Below are positions 9,358 to 19,924 of a stretch of 64,000 bases of DNA, piece by piece. Within the stretch, counting starts at the first letter, position 1. Every line of letters begins with the position of its first letter. A program made the position numbers and the translations under genes. Source of the DNA: Candidatus Moranbacteria bacterium GW2011_GWC2_40_12. Its GTDB lineage: Bacteria > Patescibacteriota > Minisyncoccia > Moranbacterales > UBA11712. Under the pieces are notes generated by a model. It saw only the letters and a list, made by a program, of their open reading frames with translations. It did not search any database and had not been told where the DNA came from. The stretch covers positions 140,923-204,922 of the forward strand of contig LBYD01000001.1 of the NCBI GenBank assembly GCA_000995965.1, in the 5' to 3' direction.

Positions 9358-9900
9358 CTAGAATATAAGTGGAATCAGTTTGTGCGGCGTTTTTTTGGTG
9401 TAATCTTTCCATTCATCCTTGAAAGATAAGGCTGTTGTTTTCTCTTCTTTTCCGATCTGCTTTACGATTATAACCAGAAGGATGAGCGAAATAAAAATCA
9501 GATAACTGCCGAGCGCCAACTCAAAGCCGATAAAAGCAAGGAGCGTTCCGAGATAGGCTGGGTGCCTGACAGTCCTGTATATTCCGCCGGTGACCAAATT
9601 TTCGGGCACGCCGGCAGCCGATGCGGGGACATAATTTTGCTTGAGCGTTAGTCTGGCGATACTGGCAAAAATTGCTCCGGCGAGCGCCACGGCCAGTCCG
9701 ATGTAGCTCAAAATCGGAGGTGCGTTGAGTTTCAAGGGGTCGAAACCGGCAAGCTGGGAAATGGCGATGGCAAGAATCAAGAGTTCTCCGACGGCCAGCG
9801 GACGGCTGATTTTGTTTTTCGAGGCGCGCTTGAGGACACTAAATCGCCATCGGATTGCGTAGAATATTATTATGGCCGCAATCAATACCAGTCTAATCAT
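9358..9900 (-). CDS. Isoprenylcysteine carboxyl methyltransferase (ICMT/PEMT) family membrane protein
   Basis: LVTGGIYRTVRHPAYLG, EE, C-terminal LIP. Confidence 0.85.
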   Translation of the reverse strand: MIRLVLIAAIIIFYAIRWRFSVLKRASKNKISRPLAVGELLILAIAISQLAGFDPLKLNAPPILSYIGLAVALAGAIFASIARLTLKQNYVPASAAGVPENLVTGGIYRTVRHPAYLGTLLAFIGFELALGSYLIFISLILLVIIVKQIGKEEKTTALSFKDEWKDYTKKTPHKLIPLIF

Positions 9901-9904
9901 AAAC

Positions 9905-10303
9905 TTATTTCCAATTCAAATATGTAATCGTCAGCTGGAGAATTGCCGCAAAGATGACCCACAAAAGATACGGGATATTCGCCAGCGCGATCCAGCGTAC
10001 GTGGGGCCAGATGGCAACAAGCGCCCAGATGAGCGTCGCGAGAACAAAGATGATATCGAGAGCGGCTAAGAAATTATTTTTCAGTCCGAACTGTATAGGA
10101 GTGAAAGCGAAATTGAAAATCAGATTGAGAATGAACGGCAAAAGGACGAGAAAGGAAATGCGGCCTTTCCAGAACAAATAGCCGGCCGCCCCGAAAGTCA
10201 CGGCGATGATCGCGTATAAAACCGTCCACACCGGGCCGAAAAGCCAGCTCGGCGGCGCCCAAAAAGGTTTCAGAAGGCTTTGATACCAGTTTTGCGTGTC
10301 CAT
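9905..10303 (-). CDS. tspO: TspO/MBR family tryptophan-rich sensory protein
   Basis: WYQSLLKPFWAPPSWLFGPVWTVLY, PYLLWV. Confidence 0.92.
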   Translation of the reverse strand: MDTQNWYQSLLKPFWAPPSWLFGPVWTVLYAIIAVTFGAAGYLFWKGRISFLVLLPFILNLIFNFAFTPIQFGLKNNFLAALDIIFVLATLIWALVAIWPHVRWIALANIPYLLWVIFAAILQLTITYLNWK

Positions 10304-10367
10304 GTTATTCTCATCCTACCGCAAAGCCGCCTTTTTTTCAAGAAAACCGCATTCAGGAGCGGAAATG

Positions 10368-10393
10368 AAAAACCCCGCTGGGAAAAGTCGGGG
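10368..10393 (-). terminator. Probable intrinsic terminator after the HExxH protein gene
   Basis: CCCCG/CGGGG stem followed by a U tract on the minus strand. Confidence 0.5.
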
Positions 10394-10404
10394 CATGATA
10401 GACG

Positions 10405-11526
10405 CTATTTGAGAAGTCTTTTTCGGGAAAATGATTGCTTCTTTGCCGGAGACTGTTTTTTTGGTGCCGCCATCTTTATTTTTTTCGCCTCTCTTTGTTT
10501 TGTTCTCACGTTCTGATCAGCTACCATCCGCTCGGTTAGAAGGTGTCTTTTGTCTCGCGCCGCCACCGGATCGAAATCCTTGCCCTTGTCCCGAAGCAGC
10601 CATCTCTTGACGAGAGCCTGTTCCTCGGGAGAAGTGATGGAGAAAAATTTCTCAGGCTCGTTCAAATAGGTCTCGCAAAGGATCGCCCAATACTCACTGA
10701 TGACGTGGTAATATTCTTTTTTTTGATCTTTGTTCTTTATTTGGCCCACATAGTCTTCAAATCTTTCCCGCCCGACCAGTCCAGAATTGGGAAAAGCGCT
10801 TGTGACATCGCACAAGAAATCAATTCTTTCTTCCGGCGAAAGAAAATTGCTGAAAGTGCCCTGGCACATATGTCCCAACTCGTGTCCGAAAAAACGGACG
10901 ACCGACTGGGCGCGGAGCGCATTGGTGGGCTCTTTTCCTTTTGGAAAGGACCTGACCGGTATTTGAAAAAAAGTAATGTCATCTTTTGCGTAGCTGGCAA
11001 CGCCTGCTGCCAGAAATCTTCCGTCTGTCCCATACTGGGCCTGCATATATCGCACTTCATTGACATATGAAATATTGGCCACGTTTCCATTGATTGTGCC
11101 TTTTGGATAGCATCCTTCTTCTTCACTGAAGATCTTGAGAAGGTATTTCGGATCAATTCCCAGTTTTTCAAAACCGTTGACGCTTGGATGAAAATTGTGA
11201 TTTTTTCTGGCTTCCCGAGCCTGAAGATCAGCAGCAGCCATGAGATCCAGAGCATCTTTTGAAAAGGCCTCGACCAAAAAATCAATTTTCTTTTGGGTCT
11301 CCCTTCGGAGAAGCGGATTATTTTTCAAGGCATGCTCAATGTAAAATTCCGGGCCGTTTTCGATGCTGCTATTTTTTCCGAGGAAGCCCTGGTTCGGATT
11401 CAGAGTCATGATCCCGACGGCCGCCATGATGCCGGCGCTTTTTTTCAGAAATTTCAAAGCCGGATTGGGCTCATTTCGCTCGGTGCCCGTGATTTTTTTT
11501 CGAAACGATGGGTATTCGATTGACAT
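10405..11526 (-). CDS. Hypothetical exported protein with zincin HExxH motif
   Basis: Hydrophobic stretch near N-terminus, HELGH, downstream SEYWA, Lys-rich C-tail. Confidence 0.65.
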   Translation of the reverse strand: MSIEYPSFRKKITGTERNEPNPALKFLKKSAGIMAAVGIMTLNPNQGFLGKNSSIENGPEFYIEHALKNNPLLRRETQKKIDFLVEAFSKDALDLMAAADLQAREARKNHNFHPSVNGFEKLGIDPKYLLKIFSEEEGCYPKGTINGNVANISYVNEVRYMQAQYGTDGRFLAAGVASYAKDDITFFQIPVRSFPKGKEPTNALRAQSVVRFFGHELGHMCQGTFSNFLSPEERIDFLCDVTSAFPNSGLVGRERFEDYVGQIKNKDQKKEYYHVISEYWAILCETYLNEPEKFFSITSPEEQALVKRWLLRDKGKDFDPVAARDKRHLLTERMVADQNVRTKQREAKKIKMAAPKKQSPAKKQSFSRKRLLK

Positions 11527-11571
11527 TCGCGATTTTTTGAATAGAGTTTAGAAGAAATATCTCTAACCTGA

Positions 11572-13206
11572 TTACATCCCGCTGGCTTGGGTCGGGTCAT
11601 CCGGTATGGACTGGCGCATTCCAAAAAATTTCCCTGAGAGAAGCTTTTTAACAGCCTCGAATTCTTCAAGCCGGAAAATAAAAGCCAGGGAGAAAAATAT
11701 CGTTATACCCACCGCGCCGCTGGCCGAAAGCTGCGAAAAGACGCCCAAAAAGGTGTCAAGATCGATATAAGGGCCGACTATGTATTTTGTCAGCTGGGCC
11801 GCTCCGCCGGCGACAAGGGAAAACAGGGCGATTTTAGCTATAACGGAAACAATCTTTTTGTCGTCAAGATCGCCCGTTTTTGATCGGAGGATGAAAAAGA
11901 GCAAAAACATATTCACCATGCTTGAAATAGAGAATGCCCAGACCAATCCCAGGATGCCGTACATCCGAGAGAGAAGGAGCGCCAATGCCAGATTGACAAG
12001 CTCGCTAAATATGCCGATCAGAAAAGGTATCTTTGTATTGTGAAGGGCGTAAAACGATCTTGCCAGAAGCGGCACAAGGCATTGGGCGAAAAGACTCACG
12101 GCAAAAATTCCCAGTGCCTGGAACGTAAGCGTTGTGTCCTCCCAGTCAAATTTCCCGCTTCCAAGAACTACCCTCACGATTTGGGCCCGAAAGACAAGCA
12201 TGAAGATGCTTGCCGGAATCACGAAAAAAAGAATTTGTCGGAAAGTTTGAGAAAAGGAAACGATAAAATTCTCTATTTCTTCCTTGGCTGAAAAATAAGA
12301 AAGGGTTGGAAAAACAGCCAAGGCAAAAGGAATAGCGAAAACACCTAGCGGAAAACTTTGAAGATTGTTGGCCAGATTGAATATTGTCAGGCTTCCGGCG
12401 GATAAGGTTGATGCGATAATCGTCACGACGAGAAGATTGACTTGCGTGACGGCCAGACCCATAGTCCGGGGAATCATCAGCGTCAAAACTTTTCGCAAGT
12501 GTCCGTCGCTGAAGCTCAGCGCGGGAGAAAACTGAAAGCCGCTGAATTTGACAGCCGGATATTGGATAAGCATATGGAAAAAAGCTCCTCCGGCTACCCC
12601 CCAGGCGAGACCGGATATCCCGAAAGAAGGGACAAGAAAGACCGCTCCCAGGATTATTCCCAGATTATAAACGAGCGGAGCAAGAGAATAAACGAGAAAT
12701 CTCTTGAAAGAATTGAGGATTCCCCCGAAAATACCGCTTATGCCGAGAAATATCGGGCTCAAAAACATTATTCTTGTCAAGGTTATTACTTCGCCCAGCT
12801 TTTCCCCTGAAAATCCGGGTGTAATAAATTTCATGAAAAATGGCGTGAAAATTGCAAAGGCGCCGCAGATCACAAGCAGAACCAGAACCGCCATTGCGAG
12901 AAGGCTGTTGGCGAGCCTCCAGGCTTCTTCTTTCTTTTCGTGGGCCAGGAGGCTTGTGAATACGGGAATAAAAGCGGCGCTCAAAGCTCCGAGGATGAGC
13001 AGGTTATAGATAAGGTCAGGGACGCGAAAAGCGGAATAATAGACGTCGAGCGTGTCCCCGGCTCCGAATTTTGCCGCCAAAATCCTGTCTCGGACAAGCC
13101 CCAAGGCCCGACTCAAGATTCCGGCTGTGGCAATGATCAAAGCCGCTGAATTGATTGAATCCGACGGGCGTGAGTTTTTCAATTTGTCAGCAATTTTTCG
13201 TATCAT
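11572..13206 (-). CDS. murJ: Lipid II flippase MurJ (MviN)
   Basis: SRALGLVRD, AFRVPDL, GALSAAFIPVF, RSFYA. Confidence 0.95.
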   Translation of the reverse strand: MIRKIADKLKNSRPSDSINSAALIIATAGILSRALGLVRDRILAAKFGAGDTLDVYYSAFRVPDLIYNLLILGALSAAFIPVFTSLLAHEKKEEAWRLANSLLAMAVLVLLVICGAFAIFTPFFMKFITPGFSGEKLGEVITLTRIMFLSPIFLGISGIFGGILNSFKRFLVYSLAPLVYNLGIILGAVFLVPSFGISGLAWGVAGGAFFHMLIQYPAVKFSGFQFSPALSFSDGHLRKVLTLMIPRTMGLAVTQVNLLVVTIIASTLSAGSLTIFNLANNLQSFPLGVFAIPFALAVFPTLSYFSAKEEIENFIVSFSQTFRQILFFVIPASIFMLVFRAQIVRVVLGSGKFDWEDTTLTFQALGIFAVSLFAQCLVPLLARSFYALHNTKIPFLIGIFSELVNLALALLLSRMYGILGLVWAFSISSMVNMFLLFFILRSKTGDLDDKKIVSVIAKIALFSLVAGGAAQLTKYIVGPYIDLDTFLGVFSQLSASGAVGITIFFSLAFIFRLEEFEAVKKLLSGKFFGMRQSIPDDPTQASGM

Positions 13207-15773
13207 TGTCCTTTTTCAGCGGCAAAGCCAATAAATTTATCCGTTTCCAGTTTTGTTTTCAGGGTCACCTCATTGCCGCCAACTTCCGAAAGATCCGGAT
13301 ATTTCCAAATCACCTTATAGCTGCTTGGAAATCGGACGCTGGAAAATAAACTGCTTCCGACACTGCCGGATTGCTTTTGATAGAGGATTGAGAACGATTC
13401 AGCGGGATGATGAAGGTCGTCAAAAAAAAGTTTGAATGGCAACTGGTATTTATATTTGAGCGTCACTGTTTCTCCCGGGCTCACATAGACCCAATTGGCA
13501 AAAACTGTTTTTCCGTCTTCCGTATAGATTCTCGTCCCGGAGGCCTCGTCTATTGTTGTTGCTTCTTCGATTTGACTGACTTGGGGGTCTTTTTTGAACT
13601 GAAGGGATTGGTAGTCAAGCGGAGGGCTGACAAATTCCCTGGTTTGTCCGCTGGCTTCAAGGAGTTTCGATCCTTTTGGGACATAAACGCGCACATAGTT
13701 TCCGTTTACCCTATTCCACCAGTCATACTTTTCGTTTCCTCCGTTGTGTTTTCGGGTGACCGTCACTTCATCGACAATGTTGCCGTCCGCCCCAATTTGG
13801 GCGTTGTGTTCAATGGTTTCATCAATCACACCGTCGGTTTTGTAGCCGTTTATATTGGAATTGATGACGCTTAAATAATCTTTGCTTGCGCTCAGCATTT
13901 CTCCGGACCATCCCTGTCCGGAAATCATTTTTTGGATATTATAATTTTTTGAATAAACCAGAATGTGTTTTTCCTTGAGAGCGGAACCAACAATATCGAG
14001 AGCCATTAACATCATTTTCGGATTTTTTGTGCTCAGCAATTCATTCAGAATTTTTGGGGTGAGGTCGGCGATAAATTTCTTTGGCTGGTTTTGCTCTTTG
14101 TCATAGTCGACCTCCACCTCATATTGAGCAATCTCTCTGAAATTATCTTTGTCTACGGTAGCGCCGTATTCAGGCATGTCGATTGGTCCGGTGATGGATA
14201 GCATTTTTTCGATCACGTTGGGGGACATGGCAATCACTCCGTCCACTGTCGGCCCGCCCGTTTTTTCATAAAACCAGGCGACTTTTTCAGCCGAGGTCGG
14301 AAAATTCGGAAACCAATTTGCATCGTGCATTGTCCAGACGGCACTCATTTTTTGGATGGGTTCAGGCGGAATAATCTTGGCCGTCAGCTGCCCGTCCGGG
14401 TTATAAATATCATCAACAAATAGTTTTTTGATTCTTCCGTCGGACATGTCAAGAATGCCGTAGCTTCCGATGAATCCGCCGGTAGCCCTCATTTCCTGGT
14501 TATTTTGAAACAAAAAGAGAAATTTTCGGGGGCCGTTGTATCCAAGGACGTCCAGGATAATATTTGAATTGTCAGAAAAAGAATCAAGACTGGAAACGAC
14601 AAGGGGCAATTTCTTCTTCAGGCTGGAAAATTGCGGCTGAATTTCCGGAGGAAGATCCTCAAAATTGGTTTTTTGTATGTCTTCGTTGGCCGCTTTGAGC
14701 TTTTCGGCGGTGTCCCGAACTCCCTCGCGCAGGTTTAAAAATAATTCCGCCAGCGAAAAATTCATTTCCGCTTCCAGGGGATTTTCAATTTTTGCAAGAG
14801 GTTTCATGGAATTGACCATAATTTTCCCGGCAAGCGAAATATTTTCTCCGGCACTCAAGAGGTAGTTGGCGGTCGCAATTTTTGAAACTCCCGGGATGAA
14901 TCTCAATATTTCGCTGAAATCGCCCCCAATTTTCGAAACTTCATCGTTGGCACTTTTCAAAATTTCATATGACTGTTCGAAATTTGATGAAGCTTTTTCA
15001 AATTGGCCGGACGATAGATTGCTTTGAGCTTCAGCAATCACCCCCATGACATTATCGCCCGAACCGGATAAGAGTTTTTTCACCTCAATTCCCCTCTGGA
15101 TAAAAGCGAAGGCGGGAAGGATCAGTGAAAACAAAAAAATTGCGGCGATAAAAGAAAACGAGGATGAAAAACGGATTTGCAGAGAATCATATTTTGGAAA
15201 AAAATCCGCCAGCCTGGATTTTGAATTCCTGTTCCGGCGCTTTTTCTTCTTTTTGTTTTGTCCGCTTTCAAGAGATACAAGTATTTTTTCAGTGGATTTC
15301 GAAATATCAGAATCGGAAAATATGACGCACTTTTCAAATTCAGCCTTTTTCTCCTGGATTTCATTTTCAAAAAATCCGCCGGGATCACGCTCGACGCATT
15401 CATCTGAAATTTCCCTTCGTTCCGCTTTTTTATCAAATAAAACCGTCGCGGTATAGATTTTGGAGACGGACAGAATTTCATTCGGAACTCTTTTTCCCAG
15501 ATGGATGATATTAGCCCGGCGCGTTTCCGGTTTTTCAAGAGGACGCTTTTTATCCGGCCCTATTTTTGAGGAAGGACGAACAGCGTGCCATGGACTGGCG
15601 GGTTTTCTGATATCGCCCATTTTTTGAAACGAAACATTCTTTTTCGGCAAATATTTTTTTTCCACCCTCACAATCCTGTCAAATCCTCCAATTTTTTCCA
15701 TATCCAAAGAACCGTCCGTTTTTACGGGCTTTACGTCATAAAGCTTCTTTAATATCCGTTTCTGTTTTTGCAT
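13203..15773 (-). CDS. DUF4012 domain membrane-anchored surface protein
   Basis: FQNNQEMRATGGFIGSYG, DANWFPNFPTSA, VDGVIA, NYVRVYVPKGS. Confidence 0.85.
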   Translation of the reverse strand: MQKQKRILKKLYDVKPVKTDGSLDMEKIGGFDRIVRVEKKYLPKKNVSFQKMGDIRKPASPWHAVRPSSKIGPDKKRPLEKPETRRANIIHLGKRVPNEILSVSKIYTATVLFDKKAERREISDECVERDPGGFFENEIQEKKAEFEKCVIFSDSDISKSTEKILVSLESGQNKKKKKRRNRNSKSRLADFFPKYDSLQIRFSSSFSFIAAIFLFSLILPAFAFIQRGIEVKKLLSGSGDNVMGVIAEAQSNLSSGQFEKASSNFEQSYEILKSANDEVSKIGGDFSEILRFIPGVSKIATANYLLSAGENISLAGKIMVNSMKPLAKIENPLEAEMNFSLAELFLNLREGVRDTAEKLKAANEDIQKTNFEDLPPEIQPQFSSLKKKLPLVVSSLDSFSDNSNIILDVLGYNGPRKFLFLFQNNQEMRATGGFIGSYGILDMSDGRIKKLFVDDIYNPDGQLTAKIIPPEPIQKMSAVWTMHDANWFPNFPTSAEKVAWFYEKTGGPTVDGVIAMSPNVIEKMLSITGPIDMPEYGATVDKDNFREIAQYEVEVDYDKEQNQPKKFIADLTPKILNELLSTKNPKMMLMALDIVGSALKEKHILVYSKNYNIQKMISGQGWSGEMLSASKDYLSVINSNINGYKTDGVIDETIEHNAQIGADGNIVDEVTVTRKHNGGNEKYDWWNRVNGNYVRVYVPKGSKLLEASGQTREFVSPPLDYQSLQFKKDPQVSQIEEATTIDEASGTRIYTEDGKTVFANWVYVSPGETVTLKYKYQLPFKLFFDDLHHPAESFSILYQKQSGSVGSSLFSSVRFPSSYKVIWKYPDLSEVGGNEVTLKTKLETDKFIGFAAEKGQ

Positions 15774-16907
15774 TTATTTTTGGTGAAGCCCGCTTTTTGA
15801 ATAAATTTCCAAAGTTTCGGCTGCCATTTTTTCCCAGCTGAATTTTTTTATCTGCTCCTGACCTTTTTGAATAAGTTTTTGCCGGAGTTCTCCGTCGGAT
15901 ATGGCCTTTTCGATAGTTTCGGCCATCTCAGACATCGCGCTAGGATCAAAATATACGGCTGCATTGCCCAGAATTTCCGGAAGGCAGGCGGCATTGGAAC
16001 TGGCGACAGGAATATTTTCTGCCATGGCTTCAAGGGGCGGGAGGCCGAATCCTTCATAGAGTGAGGGGAAAACATAAAGCAGGGCTTCGCGATAGACGAC
16101 GGGCAAATGTTCATCAAGAACATAATCGGCAAATCTAACATTTTTCACAAAATTTTGAGAGACGTATTTCCTTATCTTTTTATAGAAATAGTCCTCTTTC
16201 CCGACAAAAACCATCTGGAGATGGGGATGTTTTTTTGCCATCTCACGAAAAACCAAAACAAGCCTCTCAAGATTTTTATGGGGATAGGCGTTCCCCACAT
16301 ATAAGAGGTATGGTTTGATTATACCATATTTTTCAATAATTTTCCCGTTTGACTCAGTGGTTGTTTTTCGGGTTCGGTCAATGGCTTCATAAGTAACCAC
16401 GATTTTTTCAGCGGGAATATCAAAATATTTGCATATGTCGGTCTTTGTATATCGCGAAACAGCAATAATAATTTCTGATTTAACAATAGCATTTCTGATT
16501 ACCAGCCGATGGGCGATTTTTTTGAAGAAATAAAAAAAAGGAGACAAAGAAGACGCTCTCTTGGTTGGATAGTGGAAAAGAATGAGATCATGGATTGTTA
16601 CTACGAATTTACCCCGGAAAAAATAAGGAACATTGAAATGGGGAAAATGAACAAGGTCAAGCTCAAATTTTTTCAGCAATTTTGGAAACTGGAGCTGTTC
16701 CCGGAAACCGTACCAAGGAATATCCGCCATGACCTTGATGAAATTCGCGCTTCGAGGCCGGTATTCATGCCAATTTTCCTTGCGCAAAAAAATATAGTAT
16801 TGATTGTCCCTGTCAATCCGCTCGAGATTTTCGATGAGTTTTTGGGTATATCGCCCAAGGCCTTTCCCGATTGATCCGAAAAAGCGGGCATCTATGCCAA
16901 TCTTCAT
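15774..16907 (-). CDS. Glycosyltransferase family 4
   Basis: MKIGIDAR, TIHDL, PSLYEGFGLPPLEAMA. Confidence 0.92.
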   Translation of the reverse strand: MKIGIDARFFGSIGKGLGRYTQKLIENLERIDRDNQYYIFLRKENWHEYRPRSANFIKVMADIPWYGFREQLQFPKLLKKFELDLVHFPHFNVPYFFRGKFVVTIHDLILFHYPTKRASSLSPFFYFFKKIAHRLVIRNAIVKSEIIIAVSRYTKTDICKYFDIPAEKIVVTYEAIDRTRKTTTESNGKIIEKYGIIKPYLLYVGNAYPHKNLERLVLVFREMAKKHPHLQMVFVGKEDYFYKKIRKYVSQNFVKNVRFADYVLDEHLPVVYREALLYVFPSLYEGFGLPPLEAMAENIPVASSNAACLPEILGNAAVYFDPSAMSEMAETIEKAISDGELRQKLIQKGQEQIKKFSWEKMAAETLEIYSKSGLHQK

Positions 16908-16930
16908 AAAAATGATTTTGAAATGTGGGG

Positions 16931-18076
16931 TTATGATCTGATAATTTTTCTGAAAATGCCTGAAGTTTCCTCGGCGCATTTTGGCCAGCTGAATTTTTTG
17001 GCTTGCCTGATTCCTCTTTTGCGCATCTCATTATACAATTTATCGCCGCTCAAGACGCTATATATCGCCTCGGAAATTTCCTGCGGACGGCTTGGATCAA
17101 CAAGAATTGCTGCGTTTCCGGCCACTTCCGGAATCGAAGAATTATTTGAAGTGATTGCCGGAGTGCCGCATGCCATCGCCTCCAAAACCGGCAGACCAAA
17201 ACCTTCAAACAAGGAAAGATAAACAAATAGCGAGGCGAGATTATAGATAAAAGGCTTATCTTCTTGGTCAACATACCCGGCAGCAATAATATTTTCTTTT
17301 TCCTTTTCCACGATATTGTAACAAAGCGGACTGATGTTTCCAGCCAGAACCAATTTGTGTTTTTCAAGATCAGGATGCTCTCTTCTAACTTTTTTATATG
17401 CTTCAATAATTGATTGGATATTCTTCCTCGGTTCAATGTTGCCGAGATATAAGATGAATTTGTACGGGAGACTGTATTTTTTTTGGACATCCAGAAGTTT
17501 TGGATTATTCCGGCTGATAACTGTATAATTTTCGCTTATTCCATGATGAATTATACTTATTGCCTCTGATTTTGTTTTGTATAATTCTTTCAAGTCATTT
17601 CGGGTCGAGCGGGAAACGGCAATAATCCGGTTCGCTTTTTTTGCAATTCGGCGAGGATTTACAAAAAAGTAGTGCCAGAGGCGGGTTTTCAATGAGAAGA
17701 ATTCCGGAAATCGCTCAAAGGAAAGATCGTGAAAAGTTGTAACAAGTTTGCAGATTCGGCCGACCGAAAGAAAGTTGATGTTTGGCGCAAAAAAAATATC
17801 CGCACCTCCAACAAGCCTGTCCAGCTTCGGCCATCCGAAATACCAGAGCAATAAATTCAAAACCTTGTTGGGGTATCGGAATCTTTTTAGCTGGGCGCGG
17901 GGATATCTTTTGAGAAAATTGAAATTTTGGCTTTTTTGCTTGTATGAATTTGAAAAAATGATGTATTGATTTTCCGTGTCAGCTTCCAGGATATTGCGAA
18001 CAATTTCCAGCGCGTATTCTCCAACTCCAGATATTTTTTCCTCCTCAAGACATCTCAAATCGATTCCGATCTTCAT
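16931..18076 (-). CDS. Glycosyltransferase family 4
   Basis: TFHDL, EPRKN, EGFGLPVLEAMACG. Confidence 0.92.
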   Translation of the reverse strand: MKIGIDLRCLEEEKISGVGEYALEIVRNILEADTENQYIIFSNSYKQKSQNFNFLKRYPRAQLKRFRYPNKVLNLLLWYFGWPKLDRLVGGADIFFAPNINFLSVGRICKLVTTFHDLSFERFPEFFSLKTRLWHYFFVNPRRIAKKANRIIAVSRSTRNDLKELYKTKSEAISIIHHGISENYTVISRNNPKLLDVQKKYSLPYKFILYLGNIEPRKNIQSIIEAYKKVRREHPDLEKHKLVLAGNISPLCYNIVEKEKENIIAAGYVDQEDKPFIYNLASLFVYLSLFEGFGLPVLEAMACGTPAITSNNSSIPEVAGNAAILVDPSRPQEISEAIYSVLSGDKLYNEMRKRGIRQAKKFSWPKCAEETSGIFRKIIRS

Positions 18077-18687
18077 TATTCTTCAGAAAAATAATGTTTT
18101 CCAAAAGCTATTAGCGTTCCCGCAAAAAATCCAAAAAGGGCCGCAATTCCCAGGTTTATTCTCAAGTCCTGGATGTTTCTGGCAACAACCAAATTTGTCA
18201 TATCAACCAAGAACCAATTTGGATCCTTTGCCTCCGAATTCATTTTTTTTGTTTTGTCCGACACGAAAGAAGACGCGGCGGCGGCCAGTTTTTCCCCCTC
18301 TTCTTTTGACCGGGCCGAATAGCGGACTTCAACCAAACTGCTCGAAAGTTTTTCCGCCTGAAAACTCTTCCCAAGCTGGCGGATTGTCTTTTTTTCTGAT
18401 TCTACTCCGGCGTTTGCCAGTATATCTTTCGCAACGCCGGGTGCAGAAAGCCATTCCACCGCTGTTTCCGCAAATTTTTCGTCAGCTTGAAAACGATAGA
18501 ACTGGTCATAGCGGTAATCGCCTGTATTCTGACTGGCCAGCCGGCTAATATTCAGGATAAATGAAGCCGAATAAGTCTCTGATTGCCGGACTGACCAGAT
18601 ATAGGCGGCCACGACAGCAATGAGCGCCGCATAAATAACAACTGATATATTTTCCCTCCAGATCTTATAGTATTCTTTCAGTTCCAT
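18076..18687 (-). CDS. Wzz/CpsC-like chain-length determinant protein
   Basis: MELKEY start, N- and C-terminal TM helices, position in polysaccharide locus. Confidence 0.7.
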   Translation of the reverse strand: MELKEYYKIWRENISVVIYAALIAVVAAYIWSVRQSETYSASFILNISRLASQNTGDYRYDQFYRFQADEKFAETAVEWLSAPGVAKDILANAGVESEKKTIRQLGKSFQAEKLSSSLVEVRYSARSKEEGEKLAAAASSFVSDKTKKMNSEAKDPNWFLVDMTNLVVARNIQDLRINLGIAALFGFFAGTLIAFGKHYFSEE

Positions 18688-18691
18688 AAAT

Positions 18692-19783
18692 TTAGAGCTT
18701 GTTTATACTATTTTCGATGTAGTCTTTTATTCTACTCTTAAATATTTCCCTGTCAAATGGAAGAGCTTTTTCGCGAATTTGTTGGGAGTCAAATTTTCCG
18801 GGATCGAATTTTCTCAGGGCCGCAATCAGGCAACCAGATGTCTGCTTTTCAAAAAATATTCCCTCTTTCCCTTCTTCCACATGCTCCACGATATCGCCTC
18901 CCCGAAAAGCGACTATCGGCCTTCCGGCAGCCATCGCTTCAATGGCTACAATGCCAAAATCCTCCTCCTGGGGAAAAATAAAAGCTTTAGCTTCTGAATA
19001 TGTCTTAGCGAGTTCCTCGTCACTCAATCTTCCGGTAAATGTTATATTCGGCTTTGCCATTTTTGTGAGACGCTTCATGTCCGGACCCCGGCCAATGATC
19101 CTCAAGGGCCAGCCGAGCTCGTTAAAAGCCTCTACAACGATGTCAAAGCGCTTATAAGTCATCAGGCGTCCCACCATCAAAAAATAGTCGCCCGTCTTTT
19201 CACCGATACGGAACTTATTGACATCGACCGGCGGATTGATTATATCCGAATCTTTATTATAATATTTGTGAATTCGGCTAGCGACAAATTTTGAATTTGC
19301 AATATATTTGTCCGGTCTTTCGGCACTCACCCTGTCCCAAATCCTTATATAATTCATAAAAAACGGAACTATTTTTTTGACGATTCCCGGAAATCCGAAC
19401 TCATCAATATATTTTTGGCAATCATCCCACGCATATCTCATCGGAGTGTGGCAATAGCAAATATGGAGCGTTTCGGGTTTTGTGATGGCACCCTTTGCGT
19501 AACTCGATGAATCTGAGAGGACGATGTCATACCTCGAGAAATCAAATTGTTCGATGGCGGGTGGCATAAGCGGAGGAAAAACGCGATGATTGGCGCGGGA
19601 GTAGGGAAATTTCTGGAGAAAAGAGGTATAAATCCTTTTTTCCTTGAATATTCCGTGTGTTTTTTTCTCGTCATAAATCAGCGTATAAATAGGCGCATAT
19701 GGCCAAATTTCCGTGAAACATTCCAGCACTCTTTCCGCGCCGCCGTATTGGACGAGATAATCGTGGACTAGAGCGATTTTCAT
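18692..19783 (-). CDS. Glycosyltransferase family 4
   Basis: MKIALVHDYLVQYGGAERVL, YCHTPMRYAW, EDFGIVAIEAMA. Confidence 0.92.
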   Translation of the reverse strand: MKIALVHDYLVQYGGAERVLECFTEIWPYAPIYTLIYDEKKTHGIFKEKRIYTSFLQKFPYSRANHRVFPPLMPPAIEQFDFSRYDIVLSDSSSYAKGAITKPETLHICYCHTPMRYAWDDCQKYIDEFGFPGIVKKIVPFFMNYIRIWDRVSAERPDKYIANSKFVASRIHKYYNKDSDIINPPVDVNKFRIGEKTGDYFLMVGRLMTYKRFDIVVEAFNELGWPLRIIGRGPDMKRLTKMAKPNITFTGRLSDEELAKTYSEAKAFIFPQEEDFGIVAIEAMAAGRPIVAFRGGDIVEHVEEGKEGIFFEKQTSGCLIAALRKFDPGKFDSQQIREKALPFDREIFKSRIKDYIENSINKL

Positions 19784-19900
19784 GAAATTCTCTAAGAATT
19801 AATAATCTGTATGAATATACAAATTGAAGCTGACAGTGAATAAATTGTAGCCTTTTTATGGGTTTTTGGCAAAATAATATTCTTGAAATGTAGCGTCTAA

Positions 19901-19924
19901 ATTTTTATGCATATGCATAAAAAT
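19901..19924. promoter_or_regulatory. Perfect 24-bp palindrome ATTTTTATGCATATGCATAAAAAT, candidate operator
   Basis: Exact inverted repeat ~120 bp upstream of the glycosyltransferase operon. Confidence 0.5.
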
